Assembly (NCBI GenBank): GCA_951406725.2
Contig: OX597817.1
Location: 32,674,001-32,738,000, forward strand
Reading direction: 5' to 3'
DNA: 64,000 nt
DNA from: Octopus vulgaris
Taxonomy: Eukaryota
Each line of letters starts with the position of its first letter. The first letter of the stretch is position 1. Shown in pieces: positions 26,229-39,119 of the stretch. Below the pieces are notes generated by a model, which did not search any database, was not told the DNA's origin, and was given only the letters and a program-made list of their open reading frames with translations. The translations under genes and the position numbers were made by a program.

Positions 26229-26581
26229 GAGCACTCCGTCGGTTACGACAATGAGGGTTCCGGTTGATCCGATCAACGGAACAGCCTGCTCGTGAAATTA
26301 ACGTGTAAGTGGCTGAGCACTCCACAGACATGTGTACCCTTAACGTAGTTCTCGGGGATATTCAGCGTGACACAGAGAGTACAACAGAAACAGGAAGTAA
26401 GAGTGAGAGAAAGTTGTGGTGAAAGAGTACAGCAGGGATCACCACCACCCCCTGCCGGAGCATCGTGGAGCTTTTTAGGTGTTTTCGCTCAATAAACACT
26501 CACAATGCTCGGTCTGGGAATCGAAACCGCGATCCTATGACCGCGAGTCTGCTGCCCTAACCACTGGGCCATTGCGCCTCC
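26229..26581 (-). mobile_element. SINE with family C head and family B tail
   Basis: Head matches 16852, tail matches 3870-4020; a poly(T) precedes it on +. Confidence 0.9.
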
Positions 26582-26914
26582 TTTTTGTGCCTTATAATGT
26601 AACACACTCACCTGTAAAATTTCCACTTTTTTCTTATTTTTATTTATTTTTTTTTTAAGCTAGTATTGTTACTGACTTTCAAAGTCAAGGGGAGATAAGT
26701 TTAAAAACTGTCTAACAAATATCAAATTTATTTGCATACTTAGGAGAAAATTCAATTTGTTGTTTTGGGTTTAGATAGTAAGAAGGGCAATGGTTGTTGT
26801 ATTTTAACTTCATTTCAACCCTAATTGATGAAACCAATGAATAAAGAGCTTCCACCGTTGATCACACTGTCATTTTTTAGTCATTATATTTCTAGGATCA
26901 CATCATCCAATGTG

Positions 26915-27528
26915 TTACTCTTTTACTTGTTTCAGTCATCTGACTGTGGCCGTGCTGGAGCACTGCCTTTAGATGAGCAAATCGACCCCGGGACTTATTC
27001 TTTGGAAGCCTAGTACTTATTCTCTCGGTCTCTTTTGCCGAACCACTAAGTTACAGGGACGTAAACACACCAGCATCGGTTGTCAAGCAATGTTGGGGCA
27101 ACAAACATAGACACACAAACATATACTCTTTTACTCTTTTAATTGTTTCAGTCAGTTGACTGCAGCCATGCTGGAGCACCGCCTTTAATCAAGCAACTCG
27201 ACCCCGGGACTTATTCTTTTGGAAGTCCAGTACTTATTCTATCGGTCTCTTTTGCCGAACCGCTAAGTTACGGGGACATAAACACACCAGCATCGGTTGT
27301 CAAGCAATGCTAGGGACAGACACACAAACACACATACATATATATACATATATATACATATATACGACAGGCTTCTTTTCACTTTCCGTCTACCAAATCC
27401 ACTCATAAGGCTTTGGTCGGCCCGAGGCTATAGTAGAAGACACTTGCACAAGGTGCTACGCAGTGGGACTGAACCTGGAACCATGTGGTTGGTTAGCAAG
27501 CTACTTACCACACAGCCACTCCTGTGCC
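26915..27528 (-). mobile_element. SINE family A, full copy plus tandem duplicated 3' half
   Basis: 26915-27122 repeats 27130-27340; head ends near 27528. Confidence 0.9.
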
Positions 27529-27901
27529 TATATGTTGTTAGCTGTATGAATTGAAGGTATTTTGGTTACTATTTCTCACAGATGTAGCAACCTCTTGTCG
27601 GTTTGGAGGAAGATGGTAAATTTGATAAGTGCTACTTTTTGTCTGTTGGATGGTGTGTTGCGCAGGTGGTTGTTGAAGTTGTGCAGCTGTATTTGAAGAA
27701 AGGTCAGGAGCAGTAACTGTCTGTGAGGCTCTACTGAGTGGGTTGTGAGAAGGTTATATAAGTGTTAGTTAAAAAGAGTTGCTGAGAAAATAGATTCTTG
27801 TACAGATTTTGAGAGACTACAGATTCCAGATATTTTGTTATTGAATTCTGTGTACTCTTGGAGGTCCAAGAGGTAGTTGCCAACCAGTATTTTGTGTTCT
27901 C

Positions 27902-28308
27902 TTTACTCTTTCTTTTTACTTGTTTCAGTCATTTGACTGTGGCCATGCTGGAGCACTGTCTTTAGTCGAGCAAATCGACCCCAGGACTTATTCTTTGTAA
28001 GCCTAGTACTTATTCTATTAGTCGCTTTTGCCGGACCGCTAAGTTACGGGGTTGTAAACACACCAGAATCGGTTGTCAAGCGATGTTGGGGGGATAAACA
28101 CATACATACATACATATATATATATACACACATACACACACACACACACATATATACGACGGGCTTCTTTCAGTTTCCGCCTGCCAAATTCACTCACAAG
28201 GCTTTGGTCGGCCCGAGGATACTTGCCCAAGGTATCACGCAGTGGGACTGAACCTGGAACTATGTGATTCATAAGCAAGCTACTTACCACACAGCTACTC
28301 CTACACCT
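27902..28308 (-). mobile_element. SINE family A
   Basis: Full tail-to-head match with a small internal deletion. Confidence 0.92.
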
Positions 28309-29147
28309 ATAGTTACATTGTGTGTTTTTTGTTGTTGTTGTTTCTGGGTGTTGTGTCTGGTGTGCCCGAATTTATCGTATGGGGTGTTTTTGTTATGTCT
28401 AATTGTGTGTGTGAAATGTGTTGAACATAATGGAGCTGCTTAGGTTTTTTTGTGTCATGTTTTGTTATGATCCAGGTTATGCTTTAGTGAATTTTAATTT
28501 CTTTGTTGTCTGTATGTGTGCTAGTTGTGTATGTATTATGAAAGAGACATTCATATCTTTTGAAAATGATACTTATATTTTCCTGTTTGGGACAGAGCTG
28601 AATTTAAAAGAAAATTTTTTTAACTGTGTTGATATGCATGCTGTGTTCTCTGTTAGTTCTTTACCTTCCCTTTGACATTCCAGCCAAGTTGTGACCATAA
28701 CTTCTTTTTTTTTTGGCATTATTTTAGGATTAAGTTATTCATGAATATGGTTTTTAGCCCTTTTTCTTTTTAAGTAGATGGTAGTAATTTTTTGCAGATG
28801 GGATAACTTATATAAAGGTTCCTTTGTTGGCTATGAGAATGTTGCTTTGCTGTGGAGAAGAGATATGTTAAGAGCCTATATGTTGTAATGCTAATTGATA
28901 GCATATCTTTTCTAACATCAAATTCATTATAACGATATGGATATAGAATGACTTAGATTAGTGGTTCTCATCAGGGGTCGATATATGGAAATCCATATCT
29001 GATTTTTTGAGCAGTCCTTGCAAGCAAAGTGGTAAGTTGGAGGCATCCATGATAATATTTTAAGTGTCCATGAAGATTTTTTTTACTTTACTTGTATTTA
29101 TTGCAAGAAACAACTAGGTTTCTTTCTCTAATGCTCAATGTAGGTTC

Positions 29148-29642
29148 AATACCCTTCATCAGGCATTTGCCATATTCTGAATGCCTTACTTCCCTGGGCA
29201 TGATACATTGAAACTCCGACGTCTGGCAACTGACTTGGCAGACACCCATAAAATTATTAACCAACTTACCAACAATAACTCTGAGCACCTTTTCATACTC
29301 CACCTGTCTAACACCCGTGGACATGTTTACAAAGTCAGAAAACGGCACAGCTCCCATGACTTTGGGAAACATTTTTTCACGCTAAGAGTCACTGAAGTAT
29401 GGAACAAACTGCTGGCATCAGTCGTTAGTTGTCGGAGTACTGCATCCTTCAAAACTTCCATGCTTCCTGAGATTCGTCAACACTACACCTGATTTTCTCC
29501 CCTCTGACTCATACAAACATGTATCTGACTCATACACTGTTCACTTTCCAGACATTTGTACATTACTGCATATGCTTTATATGCACTTTTGACAAGTTGT
29601 GGTGCACCTGAGCACTGTATACAATAATTTTATTACTATTAT
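29148..29642 (+). mobile_element. CR1-clade LINE 3' fragment
   Basis: ORF 29181-29492 contains LRRLATDL...NTRGHVYKV...FFTLRVTEVWNKL..SVV...S.ASFK, the typical CR1 ORF2 C-terminus, followed by a UTR and TTA-type tail. Confidence 0.92.
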
Positions 29643-29784
29643 AACATAGTTGTATGCAAACTCTTCCATTTCTACTTTTGAGTAAATGAATAGTGCAGTG
29701 ATATTTGTATTATTTTAAATTAGGTAAAGGTGGTGAGCTGAGGGAATCATAGAATGCTGGACAGAATACTTCACAGCATTTCTT

Positions 29785-30177
29785 ATTTCTTTACTACCCA
29801 CAAGGGGCTACACAAGGACAAACAAACAAATTAAGTCGATTATATCACCACAGTGCGTAACTGGTACTTATTTAATCGACCTCGAAAGGATGAAAGGCAA
29901 AGTCGACCTTGGCAGAATTTGAACTCAGAACGTAGTGGCAGACGAAATACCTATTTCTTTACTACCCACAAGGGGCTAAACACAGAGAGGACAAACAAGG
30001 ACAGACAAACGGATTAAGTCGATTATATCGACTCCGGTGCTTCACTGGTACTTATTTAATCGACCTCGAAAGGATGAAAGGCAAAGTCGACCTCGGCGGA
30101 ATTTGAACTCAGAACATAATGGCAGACGAAATGCCACTAAGCATTTCACCCTAATGTTTCTGCCAGCTCGCCACCTT
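29785..30177 (-). mobile_element. SINE family E dimer inserted antisense into an older E copy (29729-30350)
   Basis: 15-bp TSD TTCACAGCATTTCTT (29770-29784, 30178-30192); internal junction near 29951. Confidence 0.9.
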
Positions 30178-31544
30178 TTCACAGCATTTCTTCTAGCTCT
30201 TTATATTTTGAAGTCAATTACTGCCAAGGTCAACTTTGCCTTTTTGTTCTCTCGGGGTCGACAAAAAAGTAGGAGTTGAGTACTGGGGTTGATGTCATCA
30301 ACTAACTCCTTTCCCTGAAATTTCTGGCCTTGTGCCATTCTTAGTGGAAAGAATAATTTTAATTTCAGCATTTCAATATTAATATATTTCAAATTTAGCT
30401 TGAATCAAAACTTTTCATTATTTTGATTAAAACTACTTAATCTAAATTTTAAAGTGTCCTCATACAGAAGCACTTTAAATGTGGGCAGCTTATGTTTAAA
30501 TAAGAATGAAAAGGATGTAGTGGAAATTAATTAATTTCCAACATTTATCCAGGATGGGATTGAATACTGCTTAGACGAGATGAAAGTAAATGAAAAAAGC
30601 ATGCATACAATGCTTTCTTTCTTTTACTAGGTTGTCAACAGTCATTTGACCAAATCATTATTGCAGGAAAACACTTGAATTTGTTTGTCATCTTACATTG
30701 TAAACATAAATATATTTTTTGAGGGGAATAAGTAAAATAATCCTGTTAGAGAGATTTAAGTCTTTTGGCAGATTTCTTGCATTTGTAACATAAGTACTGA
30801 TTTACTGACCCAATTATTTTTTTTGTAATTCTAGTTAACTATACTTTTTCAACTAGGTCAGACACAGAAAGACATGGAATACTGTGAACTGTTGAAATAA
30901 AATTATTCCATTTCCTTTTGTTCAAAAACTATGAATATATTCATAGGCACAGCCATGTGTACAAATAACAACATGTACATAGATTTTTATCCTTACATTT
31001 TTATATAAAAAACACACACACACACACACATACACACACATGAATGAGGCATGGAGTAAATCTGGAACAGAGAACCATATGCAGCACATTCATATACATT
31101 AGTACTTGGAATAGATTTATCTCTAGTAGATCATATAGTCAAACATAATAGCTTTAAGATGGAGTGGTTACTTAGTCAGAACACATTTGTAGATGAGACA
31201 ATTCACTAATGGTTTTGATGCCTATAACTTTGATTTTAAATCTTTTCGTGTTTTCAAGGTGTCTGAGAAAATCTGTACTGGTGGCAGTTTGCAATAAAGT
31301 AAAGAGCTTTCTTGACCAGAGTTGTGTAAGGATATATATATATATATATAGTGAATAATTTTTTTAAATGATGCAAATGAGCTTCAGTGGTCTGGTGTGC
31401 ATACTTCAGACCTTCAGCTGACTGATGTCGGAATGGTTCAATCCTATCTTTCAGGTGACAGACTCCAAGGGTCCTACTCCTTTCCACTTACATCTGATTC
31501 TAGATATGGAAACATTACTCCTTGGTTAGCTTTGGTTTTTATAG

Positions 31545-31965
31545 ATGCAGGCATGGCTTACATGGTTAAGAAGTGTGCTTTACAACCATGTAGTTTTGGG
31601 TTCAGTCCCAGTACATGGCACCTTGGGTAAGTGCCTTTTACTATAGACTCAACCTGACCAGTGTCTTGTGAGTGAATTTGGTAGATGGAAACTGTGTGGA
31701 AGCCTCAAATATATATATATGTGTATCTTTGTGCTTGCCTCTCGCCATTGCTTGACAACCAGTGTTATTTGGTTTACTTCCTTGTAACTTAGCAATTTCA
31801 GCAAAAGGGAACTATAGAGTAAGTATCAGATAAGTAATAGGGTCAATTCTACTTTTCATCCTTTTGGGGTTGATAAAATAAATACTTCTAGAGCACTGGG
31901 GTTGATGTAATTGACTTACCCCACACCCCTGAACTTGCTGGCCTTGTGCCAAAATTTGAAACCAA
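31545..31965 (+). mobile_element. Older family A SINE fused to a family E 3' part
   Basis: Diverged A head and body to about 31845, then the Meta-like core and tail. Confidence 0.7.
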
Positions 31966-31999
31966 TATTACATGCAATTAAAGACAATTTTACTTTTAA

Positions 32000-32221
32000 T
32001 CCTTTTGTTACCATATTTCTGTTGAGATGCTCTGTATTTCTTTCAATTAAGTTTAAATATAACAAAGAATTAGTAAAATAATTTAGTTTATCATTAAGCT
32101 AGTGTTAGGAACATAAATTGTGACTAAGGTTTGGTGGGAGATTTTAATTCAGAACTTTTGAAAACAAGACATTTGTACAACAGAGCCAGAGGTGGTTTCA
32201 GGCGGGTTGGTATCAAAAGGG
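32000..32221. mobile_element. piggyBac-type MITE P1
   Basis: TTAA flanks; colinear with P1 at 22974 minus the nested P2. Confidence 0.9.
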
Positions 32222-32697
32222 TTAATTAGAGTAGTTTCTTAAGAAAACATCAGTATTTCATATGATAAAAACTTAGTGGAATTAGTTGCCCCTTCTATCA
32301 GCTCTGATGATATCTTGCCATGAATTTTAATGTAGATGAGTCAAATATTTAGATAAAAACATACTTGAACTTTGATGAACACTTATTTGTTTACCATTTG
32401 TTTTAATTTAATATCATACTTGGTGGACAAAAGTTACTGATTTCCTAACTGGTTAATCATTGGTTCATAGTATTTTTGACAGCAAGAATAGTAACAAAGG
32501 ATTGCTTGCACAAGTCAGCAAAACATGCAAAAAATAGTACAGAAGATTTTGATTTGAAAACTGGCTTTTCAGTTGTCTTGCTGAAATGTATCATTGAAAA
32601 GTTAGACACATGCATAACTATGAACTTTCTTCGCTAAATATAATCTTACTTTTGATCCATAGATAGCTTTTAGCTGTTGTACATTGAGATCTGTTAA

Positions 32698-32917
32698 CCC
32701 TTTCATTACCAACCCGGCTGAAACCGGCTCTAGCTCCATCCTACAAATGTCTTGTTTTCATAAGTTTTGAATTTATATTTCCACCAAACCTTAGTCACAA
32801 TTTATGTTCCTAACACTGGCTTAATGATAACTAAGTTATTTTACTAAATTTGTTGTTATATTTAAAGTAATTGAAAGAAACACAGAGCATCTCAAAATAA
32901 ATACAGTAACGAAAGGG
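32698..32917. mobile_element. piggyBac-type MITE P1, opposite orientation
   Basis: TTAA-CCCTTTC...GAAAGGG-TTAA; reverse complement of 32000-32221. Confidence 0.92.
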
Positions 32918-34859
32918 TTAACCATCTGATCACAGGAAGTTATGATCTGCTCACATATCAAATAGCGGTTTGCAATAGCTGAGTGTTGGTATTCTACAGA
33001 TAACTGATATTTCTCTTGTAAACGAGCAGACTTTATAAAAGCAGAGAATACTTGAGGTAGAGCTGGCCAAAGAAGAATTAAGATAAAGTTTTTGATTTAT
33101 AAATGAAATTATGCATGCATTTATTGTTAAATGGAAAGAATCAACATTGCTGACTCATTCATTCTTTGCTAACGAGGGAAAATAGACATTAAACTAAAGA
33201 GATGATATTTCATTTTGAATGTAGATGTGTAGCCTCTGCATTGTATACCTTTTAAATTTGTTATAATATTTAAATTGCTTTAATTATCTAGTCTACTGCA
33301 CTACACTTTGCTTTGTTGAAATTGAGAATGCTGCCTATTCACCATTCATTGAAGACAAAAGTCTCTTTATAATTTTGTTAATTAGATGCATACTAATCTC
33401 TATATCATTTTCACTAAAGCGTTTAGCATTTCAGCTACTATTCTTAAAAGTTTTGTAACTATCCTAATTTTTGTTTACTCACTTGCTTTCTAATAACAAT
33501 GATATTTCTAATTATATATAGTTGTCCTATAATCTAGCCTAGAGTAAGGTTTCTCTCATTCTCTTTACTACTACACACTGTTATCTTGATATATATATAT
33601 CAGCATAGATGCTAAAATACATACTTCATATTTAGAAAAGCTCCCGTTTTGTGAATGTATGTCAGTATTTTTATCATTGGGTTGAGTAAATATTTCTTAG
33701 TTGTAGACAAATTATACTTTTTGACAGATTTCTATTTTTCTATTCCTTTGCATTTTAGATGTGCTAGTCATGTTACCTTAGACTACGCTGTCTGTGAGGA
33801 TCTCTTTTCTACTCTTTTCTATTCTTCTCTCTTTGCTAAACTTCCCCCGCTTTTATTACTATCAGTTTACCTTGAAATTCCTCAACTCTTAGTTAACAAA
33901 ATGCAGCAAAACCTGAAATGGAAATTATTATATTACATCAAAAAGTATTTTTTTTGGTGGCGGAAGAGATTGGTTAGCAAATATAAAATTCATTTCTTCT
34001 CTCAATTTCTAGAATTATATTGTGCTTAGTATTATTTGTGATAGGTTTCTTACTATATTCTTCTAAGTTCCTATGAGACCTTTTCTCTGTTAACAAAGTA
34101 GCTGAGTGGTTGAAGACACATTCCTTGTTCTTTCTCTCCAATTTCAAGTGCTTTGTGTTTTCTTTGTACCTGTCAGTGAAAATACTAAGAGATGTTATGA
34201 TTTGAAAAGATACGGGGGGGAAATTAGGCCAAGAAAATTATCATTATCATAATTTATTCCTAAAAATTACAAATTTTCTTCAGTTTCTTAGAAGTTATAA
34301 TGTTTCTCTCTGAAGTCTACTAAGGAAATAATTTCTTTTTTCTGTTGAACACTTCTTGGTAAATGCATTTGGTTAGAAGTGTGGACACCCTTTATCAGCT
34401 GCCATTTCTCCACTGTTAGCTGAAAAGAAGGTGGTGCTCTACTGTTACCAGGAAGGTGCAGAAAATGTGTAGGTAGGAATTCTGTATTGCATACCAAATA
34501 TAAACTTTGGGTGCACAACTGATGCAGTGGGATCAGGTTCAAATACTTTATGTGCAGCAGATATGCAGGAGTAGCTGGCAGTAAGAGAACCCATGAAATA
34601 ACTTCTCCAGAGAATGTGATAGCTTCTGTTTCTGTTACCTACATAACCTAATAAGTACTGGAGGCAGGTGTCTTGAAAGCATAGTTGTAAGAACAAGTTG
34701 GAAAGAGTTCATGGAGTTGTTACCTCTGCTGGTGACAAGAAGATTCTCTTTTTCTCTTTCTGTCTCCCTTATCTCTCTGAATGGAGGATATTGTATGATG
34801 CATTTGTATAATGTATGATATTACCAACAACTGGAAGGGTTTTGTCCATTACTACAACA

Positions 34860-35684
34860 TATATTATATAAAATCCATTCTGTCTGTCTGTGTGTGTGTC
34901 TTCTAGGATCTCAGGCATCCTCCATCCGATTGTGCTCAAATTTGATATGTAGATACCGACTGTATCAGGGCGTGTATAAGTCTTGAAAAAATTACAGAAG
35001 TCGATTCCAGGTGAGAATGCGATCAATAAAGCCGTGGGAACGTGCATTTGTATGTGAAAGTACATCAGCTGTTGTGATCGATACTACGCGTACGCGAGAA
35101 AAATGTACATGCAGTTTGCACCAAAGAAGCCGGCTGGCTTGAAATAATGTCACAAAATGCAGTTTATTTAAGAGATCAAAAAAGTAAGATGCAAAAGAGA
35201 TATTTTCTTCAAACTTAGCATGAAGGAAGGAAAGACTATTTGGTTTCTCAAGAAGTTTTTTTTTTGCCTGAACTTCGTTTAACAAAACCAAAAGTTTTAT
35301 TGAAATAAAGGCATGCTTAATTATTTTTTAATGAAAAGAAAACACTGATTGCTTTTTATTCAGCAGATATGATTCAGTACTGTCCATTGGATGGGGGGGC
35401 GTTTTGCTCGTATATAGTATAGCCATTAGAAGACCAAAGGTTGCCTTTGTGTATTGCACAATCAACAAGCTTTCAACCTTGCAATCTGCCCACCATCACA
35501 TTAGTATCACTCCTGCTAAAGAAGCCTTCATATCTGCTGCTCAATTTACCTCCAACTTGACATTGCGCAAACTCAACAAAAATTACCCTAAACTCACCTT
35601 CTTATCTCCAGTTCACTGTCACACACACACAAAGTTACTATATGTGAAAATCCTTCAATTACTGCAACCCAATGAGGCGGCTAG
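34860..35684 (+). mobile_element. Non-autonomous Helitron-like element
   Basis: 5' TATATAAAA followed by (GTCT)n and ATCCGATT...AAATTTG, typical of short Helitrons; 3' end GGCGGCTAG|T. A clear 5' TC is not visible. Confidence 0.65.
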
Positions 35685-35690
35685 TTTTTT

Positions 35691-36074
35691 GGAAGCACTC
35701 TGTCGGTTACGACGATGAGGGTTCCGGTTGATCCGAATCAACGAAACAGCCTGCTCGTGAAATTAACGTGTAAGTGGCTGAGCACTCCACAGACACGTGC
35801 ACCCTTAACGTAGTTCTCGGGGATATTCAGCGTGGCACAGAGAGTGACAAGGCCGGCCCCTTGAAATACAGGTACAACAGAAACAGGAAGTAAAAGTGAG
35901 AGAAAGTTGTGGTGAAAGAGTACAGCAGGGATCACCAGCATCCCCTGCCAGAGCCTCGTGGAGCTTTTAGGTGTTTTTGCTCAATAAACACTCACAACGC
36001 CCGGTCTGGGAATCGAAACCGCGATCCTACGACCGCGAGTCCGCTGCCCTAACCACTGGGCCATTGCGCCTCCA
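35691..36074 (-). mobile_element. SINE with family C head and family B tail
   Basis: Near-identical to 26229-26581; TSD AGG(C/T)GGCTAGT at 35675-35685 and 36077-36087. Confidence 0.92.
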
Positions 36075-37060
36075 CAAGGTGGCTAGTATTATTGATACAG
36101 AAAGACGTTGAAACAACAACAACAACAAAAACAGATGCATTCATTTATGGCTGGTCTATATTATACAAGATGTTTTTTCCAGTTGTGATGCTGTTGTATA
36201 TGACAACTATTTTTGTTTGGAGTAAGAAAGAGTGAATGTTAGTTTCATTTTTATATCATGTGATGTTAATGTGATCATGCTGGCATATAATTCTGAAGTG
36301 TGAAGTTACTAAAAGAAAAGTAAAAAAAAGACAACAAAAATAAAAGCAAAACAAAAAACAAGAATGAATGAGCCAAAAATAGATTGTGCTGATTAAATCT
36401 ATAAATGCTTGCCAAAAGAATTGATTTTTTTTTTTAAAGAGTCTTGGGGAAGGAGAATAAACTTTCTACTATTGTTGTTATGAACATATCTATCAAATGA
36501 ACTGATCTCTCAACCAACATATCAAATGATTGTATATCAATATAATTAGAAGTTTCTTAAAAGAAAATTTACTTTATAGTTCAGCTATTTTAAGCTAAGA
36601 CATCTTTTTATCTGGGTAACTTGACCAGTTTCTATCAAATTACTAAGAGAATATTTGTGTTGGCAGTTTTATTATTGCATTCATTTTGTGTTGACACTGG
36701 AAAATTCTTTAGGAATTCTCTTCTTTTTCTTTTCTTTTCCTTTTCATTGAATTCTTTCCTTGTGTTGTAGTTAAGAATAGGCACTAACGTGGCTGTGTGG
36801 TTAAGCATTTTGTTTCACTACTGTGTGGTTTTGGTTTTGGGTTTGCTTCCCTGTGTGGCACTTTGGGTGTTTTCTATTGTAACTATGAGCTGACTGTTGC
36901 TATGTGAGGGAATTTGGTAGACAGAAACTGCAGGATACTTCTCATGTGTGTAAAATGTATGTGTATGTATATGTATATGTGAATGTGCATATATTTCTTG
37001 TCGGCATTACGACCGGCTGCTCTGCACTTTCAAAGACCTGTGGAATTTCCCTCCCTCCCC

Positions 37061-37091
<31 letters not shown>

Positions 37092-37092
37092 G

Positions 37093-37800
37093 ATCATCAT
37101 CATCATCTAATGTCCGTTGTCCAGGCTGGCATGGGTTGACCCGGGCTGGAAAGTTGTACCAGACTCCAGTCTGATTCAGCATGCTTTCTACAGCTGGATG
37201 CCCTTCCTAATGCCAGCCACTCTGAGAGTGTAATTGGTGCTTTTATGTGCCACTGGCACAGGTGTCATTTGTGTGACACCAGTACCTGCCACAGCTGCAA
37301 TTTTGCTTGGCTTGATGGGTCTTCTTCTCAAGCACGACATAATGCCAGAGGTCTCGGTCTTTGCCTCCAGGAGGCCCAACACTCGAAAGGAGCTCAACTA
37401 CTTTGCTTATGTACCACTGGCATTGGTGCCAGTTACATGACACCAGCATCAGCCATGACTGTGATTTCACTCAGCTTGACAGATCTTCTCAAGCACAACA
37501 TATTGCCAAAGGTCTCAGCCACTAGCCATTGCCCCTGTAAGGTTCAAAGTTCAAAGGTCATGCTTCACCACCTCGTCCCATGTCTCCCAGGGTCTACCTC
37601 TACCACAGGTTCCCTCCACAGTTAGAGGTTGGCACTTCTTTACACAGCTGTCCTCATCCATACACATCACATAACCATACCAGTGCAGTCATCTCTTTTG
37701 CACACCACATCTGATGCCTCATACACTCAACTTCTCTCTCAAGATGCTTACACTGTGTTGAATATGCACACTGACATTGCACATCCAGCGAAGCACCAAA
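37093..37800 (-). mobile_element. RTE LINE (family D) 3' fragment with coding remnant
   Basis: Minus translation LHWYGYVMCMDEDSCVKKCQPLTVEGTCGRGRPWETWDEVVKHDL joined to the D-type UTR and (GAT)n tail; the ORF end is internally duplicated. Confidence 0.88.
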
Positions 37801-37843
37801 CTTGGGATAGGTTAGATTGTAGAATATATATATATATGTTGTA

Positions 37844-37879
<36 letters not shown>

Positions 37880-38675
37880 CCAACTGAGTAGAATATTCTT
37901 TGTTGAAGAAGTCTAATAAGAGTGAAGCATGTCTATTGCTTTCATGAGTTAATTTTAAAGAATGATCCATTCCATGGATCTGCTGTTTCTGATGAGATCA
38001 TGGCATGAAAAGCAAATGATTCTATTTCATATTTATTGATCTAGAAAAAGCAAGTAGAGTAATGTCTTTTCTCTATGATAATAGCAGTGTTTGAATTCAT
38101 TATTTTGCTCTCAATCAGATTCATGTTTGTATGTGCAAATATAAGCTGCAGTGGACTGAGCCAACTGAACGCCAGTTTTACTGGTCAAAGAGTTGGCAGA
38201 ACATACTGTGTATTTAGTATTTCTTTATATTTCTCACAAAAACACTGAACTCTTAGTTCTCCAGTAATTCCAGCTGTAAATATTTATTACAGTAGGCCTA
38301 GTTCACTCACAATTATGAGCAACAGGACGACAGCATAATTGATTAACAAATGTATTTTTAACTTGCTTACTGAGCTCCAAATCCTCTTGTGAGTTTGGAG
38401 AATGCAAGGGGGATTCCTTACAGTGTACTTTCAAAAAGGTTTTAGTGGGGCTTCAGAAATCAGTAAATTATGGGTTATTATACTATGTATAAATACATAT
38501 TTCTGGTATACATATCAGTATAAGCGATGCTTCTTCAATAGTGAATAAAATATTTGTGATAATTTAATTAAATAAACCATGCCAAAGCTTTAATAAATTT
38601 ATGACTTGGCTCTGTAGATTTAATTTAATGTGGCGAGTCATCATAGCATTGCATAAAATGGAATGCAATATTAAT

Positions 38676-39119
38676 CCTTCGATCACCTCTGTCTACGCCG
38701 CATCCTTTGTGTCTGATGGCATCACTTTGTCTCCAACAATTCAGTGCGACACCAGTGCAAAATCACCTCCCTCTGACAAGTCATCTTAACGAGATGTCTG
38801 CATTGGCTGGGGTCATGCCCTCCGTCGTCAACCAGGAGAATTCATCTACAAAGCAATTGCCCCAGCTCCCCTTCAGGGTTCGCGAAAGCGATGTGGTGGA
38901 CAATGAATAACCTAGCTGATGACAGTCAAGGCTGATCTGGGACCCAACCTAGGCCCCCATATCTACGGCTTCGCCGCTGGAATAGGGAGTGGTTGGAGAT
39001 CATGCGGTTGTTAGCCTCAAATCGTCAGGCCTGATCGGCGTTTGTGAGAGATGCAGCATTGAGGATGAATGAAGCCAGCTCAACCCACCCCGGGTGAATG
39101 CTGTCTAAGACAAGAAGAA
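38676..39119 (+). mobile_element. RTE-clade LINE, 5'-truncated, second lineage
   Basis: 15-bp TSD GAATGCAATATTAAT (38661-38675, 39120-39134); FDHLCLRRIL...LHWLG/HALRR...RWNREWL; tail CAAGAAGAA. Confidence 0.92.

Noticed and set aside
27540-28560. GT-rich segments similar to 8330-9040, possibly an old Penelope or LINE body
   Set aside because: Only a short shared motif and no translatable RT or endonuclease signature visible.
37985-38015. CTGATGAG...GAAA hammerhead-like string (similar boxes at 7266, 15748, 32305)
   Set aside because: No valid stem I/II pairing or no downstream GAAA box.
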